This document shows positions 22,455 to 32,475 of a stretch of DNA of 32,475 nt, in pieces (positions within the stretch are counted from its first letter, which is position 1; each line of letters starts with the position of its first letter). The DNA is taken from contig NC_068994.1 in NCBI RefSeq assembly GCF_001194135.2, forward strand, positions 57,228,664-57,261,138. Direction: 5' to 3'. The position numbers were made by a program, and so were the translations under genes. The notes under the pieces were generated by a model that was not told the DNA's origin, did not search any database, and saw nothing but the letters and a program-made list of their open reading frames with translations. This DNA comes from Octopus bimaculoides. Taxonomy: Eukaryota.

Positions 22455-22638
22455 ATTCTTCTAATTTTGGCAATTTCGAGATGCAAGGTAAGTCAGTTAC
22501 CTCGATCCCAGTACTCGGGTGGCACAAAGCCAGCAATTTCGAGGGTAAGTGTAAATCGTTTACATCGAGCCCAGTGCTCACCTGGGTTTTATTTTATCGA
22601 ATCTGAAAGGATGAAAAGCAAAGTTGACCTCGGCAGAT
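22455..22638 (-). mobile_element. 5'-truncated SINE family A copy with duplicated 3' segment
   Basis: gcaatttcgag...ggtaagtc...tcga.cccagt.ctc occurs twice (22470-22516 and 22533-22579), then gaaaggatgaaaagcaaagttgacctcggc. Confidence 0.8.
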
Positions 22639-23454
22639 ATCAGATAAATATTGCTCATAAATCTTTCTCTTAGAAACGGGAAAAAACCACATTGAATACA
22701 CAGGCAAAAACCCGGGTTTAACCATTCTTGGTAAACGTTTGTGCAGCGAATGCTCGCTGTAATCGGGTCCGAACCAAAATATGTAGCTGTAAAATAAACG
22801 ATGTAACATCCACCTCCTTGAAGACACCATTACAATCGGTTTAACTTTGTTTGTGCCACTTCGAAGGCCGTGTCAATTATGGGAGGATTTTCTTTCGTAT
22901 CCTGTATAAACTGGGGTACGACATCACTTGAGAAAAGAAAACGGTAGTATGGTAACAGAAAGATCAACTTTGAACGGTTTATACAGTTGCAGCTTGAGCA
23001 AGGAAAAGTTCTCAGACCTAAATAGATTGCCCATTTCTATTATTGTTATTATATAATTAGTAGCCTTCTTAGAGAAATAATAGCTTAATGTAGCTTTAAT
23101 ATATATGGCGTTACATGAAGTTATCTTCCAGGCGAATATTGAAGAAAACAAATAAAATTGAAATATCTCCGTGTTTCTAATTGTATACCATTTCAATTTT
23201 GATCGGAATTGTTCGTTATAGTTATTGGGTAGACATTAGGTCTGTTCAGAGTTGAATACAACCACCCAGTCTAAGATAGTTACAATGTGCTAAACATATT
23301 GTAATTGGAAATATTTGAAAATGTATCTATACATTACTCTAGGCATATTTAAGCTTAAGATTGCTATTTGTGTTAAATCTGATGTAACAATGAATGGACA
23401 GGTAAACCAGAGTGACAGAATTTAATAATATGAATGACATTAGCACACGTTCGC

Positions 23455-23668
23455 TCGTACAAACACTCATATATATATAGAGATATACAAAGAATAGCAG
23501 TACACACACACACACCTATGCATAATTGTACACACATATATAGACATAGATAGCTATGCACCGATATGTATGTATATATATATACATATTTGTAGCTATC
23601 TATATCTACATTTGTATCTATCACCTCTTTATATATACATACATATACACAATCATGCACACACACTG
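23455..23668. repeat. Compound TA/CA microsatellite field
   Basis: Directly visible. Confidence 0.85.
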
Positions 23669-26323
23669 TGTATTCAATAGATGTTAAGTGCTCACATCAG
23701 TTATGTACCTTCATAGATATCACTGAATTGTTATACAATATTTGGTTAAAATTTTATGATGGAGACTTAAATAATAATTATCTCTAGCAATTATGCGAGC
23801 GAGGAGAGAGTTTCTATAAGATCAGTTGACTTACTAGAATCTAAATATCATTCAAATAATACGTTAAAGATTGAACCTGAACAGCTACTAATGATCTCCA
23901 AAAATTTCTAGAATCTTTTACTTTCCATTTCTAGCTCGTCTCCCAAATACGTAGCAGTTTCTTCTTTGTATGTAACGGACGTACTTTATTCTGGTTCTTA
24001 GATATGAAATACATTAAGTGTTACTAGAGGCGGTGAAACGACTATATGCAATAGTGTTTCTTCCAGATAGTAAAGACTAAACTATTTCTTAGGTTCATAA
24101 ACCATTATATTTCTAACAAAAGGGGCAATGCAATCTCAACTCACAGATTGGTCAATAATTTGAATGTGTTTTATGAATATGGCTGCTCTTTACTTTCAAA
24201 TATTTCGATTTTTCATAACTGCTCTTTACAGTCTTTTAAAAACAGTTATAGCTGGATTATGGAAACGATTTTCTGCTTTGTTAAGTCTTACGTGCCTATG
24301 GAAAGTAATATTTTCGGATTCTATCGTAAATCTTTTATATTCAACATAAATTCTTAGTTTGTTTAGGCCGTTGATACCAGCAGCGAATGTGCTTAAGAAC
24401 ATTTCCCTTTCCTCAATAGCCCGTATCTAATATGTAGGAAGCACTCGTGGGATGCATTCTGAATATTCTTTCTTTTATGGAAATGGTCATATCCTAGCAA
24501 CCAGTAGCGTATCTTCTGACAAACAAAGAATGTAACCAACAAAACAAACGTTTCGGAAAATTATTAAGACATGAACTCCTACCGTCTATAATCCAAATAT
24601 AAATGTGCTATTCCTTAGGTGTTGAAATATCTCCTTCAAATCGAATGTTCGTCAACTTAGCTAGCTATTTATTCATTACCGTGCTTCAGTTGAATTTATA
24701 ACAGAGTGTTTTGTATTAAAATGGTTTTCAATTCAACTATATTCATACAGACCTTTCAAGATTATGGCGATTAAATTCATCTCCTATAGAGATTTTAATA
24801 TTTCTTTTCTTTTTTATTCTGCTTCATATTTCTAAGTAATTGCTGACAAACAGATATTTAAGTATGAGCACTTAATCGTTTACGTGTATGGATATGAAAC
24901 AAATTTCCATTTTATATTTGAAATATGTTTTGACACGAAAAAAAAGTAAAAACGAAAATATAAATTTCAAATGGGATTGCTATATATATTTTGTTTATTT
25001 CTGTCTATTTATTTAGTTTTCGTTTGGTTTTAAAACTATTTCAATCTTGTCATTCAAGCTATCCACTATTTTTATGAAGTGGAAATGAAGAAAAGAAATT
25101 AAACCAACATTAAGAGCAAAATAAAACAATATTTTATAAATGCTTTACTTCAACTCTAAGCTGACAGCTGAAGTAATGTGCGGGCTCTAATGCTTCTTGG
25201 AGAAGAAATTGATTTCTACCTATGATGTGTGAACAACATTAGTTATCTCTGTTCATGAACAAGGTTGTACAAGTAAATTGTACATGAAATACACAAGCAC
25301 TGTTCGCTTACGTAACCTTGGATATTTGGCATAATCAATTCAATTGAAAATAATAGGATTCTTTTGAATGAGCGTCAATGAATAATAAATTATATTATTT
25401 ATGGACAGTTGCTCTGATCCAACTGTTAACATGCGCTAAAGCGGAACATAATATGACACAATAGAAGTTCGCTTCAAGTGAATGCAAACTTAAAGTTATT
25501 TTAACCTGTTAATGAATTCCAGTTATGTTAACTGAAAGCTATCATTAGCTTACTAAACATTCAAGAACGTATGTGCGGTGTGGCAAGAAGCCTCACGTTT
25601 CTGATAAAAATGTGTTTCTGAAGGTGGAAAAGTCTGAAAAATATTGATACGTTAAGTAAAGATATATTTCACACTTGGAGTATATAATAGAAAGAGGCGA
25701 ATCTCATTTCAACTTGTTTCGCATTCATTAATATCTCTTATTTCTTCCCTAAACATTTATTATCGAGATTTCAGTTGACTAATTATGCAACATGAATAGG
25801 TTTAACAATAAAATGTCTTTCTTAAAATATTCATTTCTTAGCTTTAGAACGTATTAACAGCTCCGTCTTCTGCTCTATCTGCTTCTATCACAGTGCAACG
25901 AGCCTCCCTTTTCATACATATTTGCATAAAGAGAATACATGTATACACGTGCGGTAACAGTTTTAAAAATCTGCATGATGTAAGTGAATATTATTCTAAA
26001 TATTCACACCATAACTCTGAGAACGAACAATGAATATATGACTCAAGTGCGTTCTCAGTTTCGGAAAAAATAAACAAGAATCACACAGAGAGGCTACACC
26101 ATTCTACTTTATCTTCATTTTGAAGATGTGTACACATACAACCATACATATGAGGATAAGCGCACAGATAGATGCACACATGCGCATATATATANNNNNN
26201 NNNNNNNNNNNNNNNNNNNNNNNNNNNNNNNNNNNNNNNNNNNNNNNNNNNNNNNNNNNNNNNNNNNNNNNNNNNNNNNNNNNNNNNNNNNNNNNNNNNN
26301 NNNNNNNNNNNNNNNNNNNNNNN

Positions 26324-26364
<41 letters not shown>

Positions 26365-26448
26365 GGAGAGATAGTAACATATTTGCAGGCGATAGTATGA
26401 ATATATGTATAAGTATGAACGTATACATATATGTATATATATATATGT

Positions 26449-26491
<43 letters not shown>

Positions 26492-26640
26492 CTATGTATT
26501 TAAAAATATTCCTGTGCGTATATGCCTATAAGTATACACACAGACACACACACATGCATACATACACATATGTGTATATTCAAGCATACCTGTATGTGCA
26601 TGCGTGTGCGAGCGGATATGCGCGTGTGTGCTCGTGTCTA
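26324..26640. repeat. (GA)n plus compound TA/CA/TG microsatellite field next to a gap
   Basis: Directly visible. Confidence 0.9.
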
Positions 26641-26993
26641 TATGTGCGTATAATGATTGATATATCTTTGAGAAACTAGTCTAAATCCATTAGGAATACG
26701 TAAGAAAGAAATAACACAAATGTCGATGGGTATCGTTCAAAATCCATACACTTTGAGCTGTGCATTGAATACAAGTAGAAAAGTATTTTACAGTATCTCT
26801 GTTTCCTGGAGATATGCGGCGTTACTTCTAAATTAAGTTTCTAAACCATACACTCATATCACCTAAAAATAAGATACACGATAGAATATAAGAAATTTTT
26901 TCAGCATGAAATTTTTTAAATGTGTAATATCAATTACAACATCTCACTATGTATGGGATATTCTTGAAATATGCCATAAGTACTCCATCGGAC

Positions 26994-27213
26994 AATATTG
27001 ATTTCAAATTTTGGCACCAGGCCAGCAATTTTCAGGTGGGGGTTAAGTCGATTACATCGACTCTCAATGTTCAAATGGTACTTATTTAATCAACCTCGAA
27101 AGGATGAAAAGCAGTGTGGACCTCGGTGGGATTTGAACTCAGAATGTAAAAACGGACGAAATGCCGCAAAAATTTTGCCCAGGTCGCTAACGACTCTGCC
27201 AGCTCACCGCCTT
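26994..27213 (-). mobile_element. SINE family A, full length
   Basis: Runs from tail aatattgatttcaaattttggcaccaggccagcaatt through gggatttgaactcagaatg to head cgactctgccagctcaccgcctt. Confidence 0.92.
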
Positions 27214-27647
27214 CCTCCATCATACAATATTGACTTTCTTTCATTTTAGACTTGCACACCCAAGTGTGCAAAAGACAAAATCCGACAGAGACTGTTTTAC
27301 GATTCAGGAATTTGCATTTTGTTGAGTTATTAAATATTTCTATCCTTGCCAATGTTACATTGATAATATTGAATAGTTCTTTAAATATATTACGGATCCA
27401 TATTTTGTTATGAAGAAACCAAATGTTTTTTGACATTTACTTTAAAATATAAAGTTGTTGTATTTGATATCATGACCAATGGAATTGATATAAAGAAGAA
27501 AAACTGAGTGATTTTGCGAAATTCCAATGAATGAACCGTTTTTCTAGGTTGGAAACCGACTCTTGCTCTATTGTTGAGAAATTTTCAAAATGAAAGTAGA
27601 ACAGACACATGTATATATACATACATACGTACACATACACACGTACA

Positions 27648-27691
<44 letters not shown>

Positions 27692-28294
27692 NNNNNNNNN
27701 NNNNNNNNNNNNNNNNNNNNNNNNNNNNNNNNNNNNNNNNNNNNNNNNNNNNNNNNNNNNNNNNNNNNNNNNNNNNNNNNNNNNNNNNNNNNNNNNNNNN
27801 NNNNNNNNNNNNNNNNNNNNNNNNNNNNNNNNNNNNNNNNNNNNNNNNNNNNNNNNNNNNNNNNNNNNNNNNNNNNNNNNNNNNNNNNNNNNNNNNNNNN
27901 NNNNNNNNNNNNNNNNNNNNNNNNNNNNNNNNNNNNNNNNNNNNNNNNNNNNNNNNNNNNNNNNNNNNNNNNNNNNNNNNNNNNNNNNNNNNNTATATAT
28001 ATATACGTTGAGGTATGATAGAGCAGCAAGACAGTACGATAGATTTCTGTCTCGGTTTTTACATGAATAGAACAAAAAACAGAGACAAGAATTAAATCCC
28101 ATTTTCCCAGAATTCCCCTTGTTGAATTGGAGAGGAGAAAGTTGACGCCAGGAAGACAGAGATTTTCTTTCAAAAACAGCCATTGACAAGCGTCATTGAC
28201 AAGTTGAAAATTGTTGGTTTAAGCACACCTACTCATTCATGCCACCATTCCAAACGTGCGTGAGAGTACGCCATCCAGCACGCATTGATTTCTA

Positions 28295-28703
28295 TACGTG
28301 AGTGTGTAAGTGTGTGTGTGTATGTGTGTGTGTGTGTGTGTGTGTGCGTGAGAGAGAAAGAGAGGGAATAAGTATATTATATGATATATCTTAACGCATA
28401 TACATTTCTGGCAATGTATACATATCTATAGGCGATCTATATCTATACACGCACACGCACGTGTGTGTGTGTGCGTGTGTGAGTGTGTGTGTGTGTGTGT
28501 GTGTATGTGTGTGTGTGTGTGTGTGTTCGTGTGTGAGCGTGTGTGTGAAGATAGATCACTAGATATATGTATATAAGCAGAAAGGTAGACAGACAGACAG
28601 ACAGACAGATCGATAAATAGATAGAGCGAGAGAGAGATGATAGATAGATAGACAGAGAGAGAGATGATAGATAGATAGACAGAGAGAGAGATGATCGATA
28701 GAC

Positions 28704-28770
<67 letters not shown>

Positions 28771-28787
28771 CAGACAGAGAGAGAGAT

Positions 28788-28848
<61 letters not shown>

Positions 28849-28850
28849 GT

Positions 28851-28901
<51 letters not shown>

Positions 28902-28942
28902 GAGAGGGAGGGAGAGAGAGATGGAGAGAGAGATAGATAGAT
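28295..28942. repeat. Large compound microsatellite field: (TG)n, (GACA)n, (GATA)n, (GA)n
   Basis: Directly visible; the GATA/GACA/GA block spans 28587-28942. Confidence 0.95.
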
Positions 28943-30304
28943 GGTTGGATATGACTTTACACAAATAATCCTTTGAATTTTAACCAAGAATCAACATTAT
29001 TAAGGAATCCGAACAGTGAAGAGATCAACATTAGGTTATTGACGTTGGGTAGACATATGCCATGTTGTATTTGAAAACTTTACAAAATTATTCTCTGTAG
29101 TGGAATATTTTATCAACTTGCCGCAGAGAAAGAGAAGCGCTTGACATGTAAAGAAAAGACATCGTCGCTCGAAGGATGTTGCTTCACAGTTCACCATTCG
29201 ACAGAATCTTCTTGAGAAGTACTGCATCTTGAAAATAATTTCTATTCGTGCTTCTCTAAACATTATCCATCCAAACCATTACCTAAATATCTTACCGACC
29301 ACACACTTCATAGAACCATTCATTTCTTTAAAGAAATGCCAAACAGCGATTGTACGTATTTATTTTAGATAAGATTTTCCGTTTGGAGGATAATGTCCCC
29401 TTGAGAAATACTGATGGAATAACTAAAGACACATAGAGTTTTGTATTGATCTTGGAATCTATGTCAAAATTTTAACTCGCTCTATTAACATTTCAACCAC
29501 AGCATAAATCTTTAACTGTAGTTGTAGCCATTTTATAGAAGCTGTTTCTCTTTTATACTTTTCTTAAATAAAAACATCGATGCTTCTGGTTGCCTGGATA
29601 CCTCAAGGGTATTACATTAGATTATATTTCGAGGTGCCTCCTGAAGCTGCGCATGAAGTCTAACATTATCACATGAAGGTTAAACAAAATTTGTAACGTT
29701 AATGTCTTTAAAGAATTCTTAGCAATAAACAGGAACTGAAATGGCTGGAAATTGAAATTCCCATAGATTTGTTGAAGTTATATCACGAATACAGGAATGA
29801 GCAACTTTGTCATGGATGGGGGGGAGGCACGTGAGACACGAGTCATCATCAGGTGAACTGCACTTGTATGTTATTTTCCTCATGATATTAGACGTGACAT
29901 TCAGAATCTCCCGCGGTCCGCACTGTGTCCGGGACTGCTCTCGGTCAGGGTTAAACACATAACGGCACCTGGAAAATTATTATTTAGAGTACACTCCTGA
30001 TGACTTTTATATCTATGGAAGCCCGGCCAGGCTGTAAATCTCCTGTCTCCATTCCACTAATGTTTTACAAGGCAAACGCATCCGCAGATACATTTCGGTG
30101 CTAATGCTGTTGCAAACGAACACAGAACATAAAGGATGGTAGCGAATAGAGAAAGGTGGTTTATCTAAATCTCCGACGATGCTGAGAATCCTTCCATTTT
30201 TAGCAACCACCATTAGCCTATAATGATTTATAAAATAGACAAAACATTAGAAACATTAGGAGAATGATTAATAGACTAAATCCAACCAACAACTTAACAT
30301 GGCC

Positions 30305-30500
30305 ACATTTCATCGATCCTGGAAGGATGAAAGCGAAAATATCTTGTAGTTTCCTGTCATAATTTTCTTTACATCTTCGATGCTTTTAGTCAAGTACTTG
30401 ACGATATCTTACTGACCACGGAAGGATGAATCGTAAAGTTGCTTTCAGAACGGAAGAACTTCAAATCAAAATATGAAGAAATAAAGAAGCAAAACGAAAT
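30305..30500 (-). mobile_element. Very degenerate SINE family A remnants
   Basis: catcgatcctggaaggatgaaagcg (30311-35) and gaccacggaaggatgaatcgtaaagttg (~30414-41) echo the family A centre. Confidence 0.45.
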
Positions 30501-30700
30501 ATGTGAAAATATTTGACGTGGCAATCCACTGTGTCTGCTAGACCAAAGCCCATCGAGATGTCACAGAGGTTACTAAATTTTCATTTGGCAATATTTCATT
30601 GGAGAATACACTAAGATGATTGTTAGGGCAGCGGATAAAGAGCCGAAAGAACTGAACAAAAGACAGAACCAAGTCTTTAATTTCTCCGCTCCTTTCTCTT

Positions 30701-30839
<139 letters not shown>

Positions 30840-30927
30840 GCATATACTTTCGTGAGGAAGCTAAAATTACATAAACACTACAATACAAGCTTATAAGTTT
30901 GCATTCGCTCCTTATTTTCAACAGACT

Positions 30928-31307
30928 GGCGCACGGGCGTCGCTGTGTAGAGAGAGGCTTGCTTGCCAACCACGTTCTCTCAGGTTTAGTTCCACTGCGT
31001 GGCAACTTGGACAAGTATCTTCCGCTTGGACAAGTATCTTGGACAAGTATCGTCGCGCTGACCAAGGCTTGTGGATTTGGTGATGTCTGTGTGTGAGTGT
31101 ATCTATGCGTGTGTGTCTTTCGGACTGTGTTGACAACCAGTATTGGTGTTTGCCTCCCTGTAACTTAGCAGTTCGGCAAACAACAACGATAGAATTGGTA
31201 CCAACGTAAAAAAAAGAAGTACTGGAGTCGATTCATTCCATTAAAAACTCAAAGCGGTGCCCCAGCACCACTGCAGTCTAATAACTGAAACAACTGACAA
31301 ATAAAAG
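30928..31307 (+). mobile_element. SINE family B, near full length (tRNA-like head, internal TG tract, 3' body)
   Basis: The head ggcgt.gctgtgt.g...gcttgccaaccac...ttccactgcgtggcaacttgg is shared with 6501-6630. There is an internal TG run, and the tail aaagcggtgccccagca...actgaaacaa ends in an A-rich stretch. Confidence 0.8.
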
Positions 31308-31310
31308 GTA

Positions 31311-31495
31311 ATACATGTATATATATATATACATGTATATATATATATATACATGTATATATACATGTATATATATACATGTATATATATATGTATATAT
31401 ATACATGTATATATATATGTATATATATACATGTATATATATATGTATATATATATATATGTATATATACATGTATATACAGGTTTGTGGTGGTA

Positions 31496-31532
<37 letters not shown>
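31311..31532. repeat. (TA)n array punctuated by ACATGT (8 copies), followed by (ATT)n
   Basis: acatgt occurs at 31313, 31331, 31351, 31363, 31377, 31403, 31429 and 31469; the ATT run is at ~31497-31532. Confidence 0.95.
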
Positions 31533-32045
31533 TTGTGGTGTCAATATGGGATAGGAAAATATAAATACAGATATCGCAAGTTGCCTTTAAATGCAACGGA
31601 GGTAAAGAAACAAACGGTATGACAGAGGAACATTCATTTGGTCAATCTCATCTTGACCTTCTGTAAAACGTCAATGTTGTTTACTTGTGGATTTAGTGAA
31701 ATCGAAGTAGTGTAAACCATTTGAACTTTTATCGCTCGCATTTCTACGTTTGACCTATGCTGCAACACTCTCTCTACGAAACATGACCTTACATCAAACA
31801 GTCGCTTCGATTTTAATAATATCTATATTGCAAAGTTTTCGGTCACCTGAATAGCTTCAACTTGCCGTAAGCGTTCGCTGATCTATTCGTTCTCTTTTAA
31901 TAATATTTTTATACGAACGATGTATTTTTAAAGGTCTGAAAAACAGTTTAAGTAAACAAATTTGACAGGGGAAATCGAAATCTTTCAATATTTTTGCTCG
32001 ACGCAAAAACGTCAGAATCAATCATAATAATCGAGTGTGCGCTTC

Positions 32046-32282
32046 TGTGTGTGTGTGTGTCTGTCTGCCTGTATCTGTATCTGTGTATGTACGTGTGTGC
32101 GTGTCTGTGTCAGTGTATGTATGTATGAGTCGTGTGTGGGCACGTGCGTTGTGTGTATGTAATATATATAGATATTTAATAAACAATATATATACATATA
32201 TGTGTATGTATGTATATACATATACTCTCAGACACACTCCTATGTACACACATATACATACAAGTAATATAAAAACATATGC

Positions 32283-32374
<92 letters not shown>
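32046..32374. repeat. Compound TG/TA/CA microsatellite field
   Basis: Directly visible. Confidence 0.92.
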
Positions 32375-32377
<3 letters not shown>

Positions 32378-32475
32378 TAGGACAAGGTAGAAAATGCTAG
32401 AATAATTTTATCATGAAGGACATTCTAGTACCGGATTCATTTTTTGCGATTTTTTTCAACTCAGGTTAAAGCATG

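Overview
AT-rich eukaryotic draft-assembly DNA with five N gaps (11056-11065, 17832-18398, 19326-19981, 26195-26323, 27692-27993). It is saturated with microsatellites and short interspersed repeats. The repeat families look like those I recall from Octopus (coleoid cephalopod) genomes; this is an inference from memory, not a database result. I cannot confidently identify any host protein-coding gene. Almost all ORF-track entries are microsatellite or N-gap translations, so the window reads as intronic or intergenic. What the sequence supports: (1) at least four tRNA-headed SINE-like families in about 15 copies or fragments; (2) a decayed pogo/Tigger DDE transposase at ~21.0-21.7 kb; (3) an RTE-clade LINE fragment at ~6.2-6.4 kb; (4) a 107-bp hairpin MITE-like element; (5) a 47-bp minisatellite; (6) an internally deleted tRNA-Glu(TTC) copy; (7) a few unverified exon candidates. 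The best lead for something unusual is a tRNA-Arg-headed SINE at 15.5-15.7 kb whose body carries a degenerate Penelope-type minimal hammerhead-ribozyme fold. No prokaryotic features or CRISPR arrays are present.
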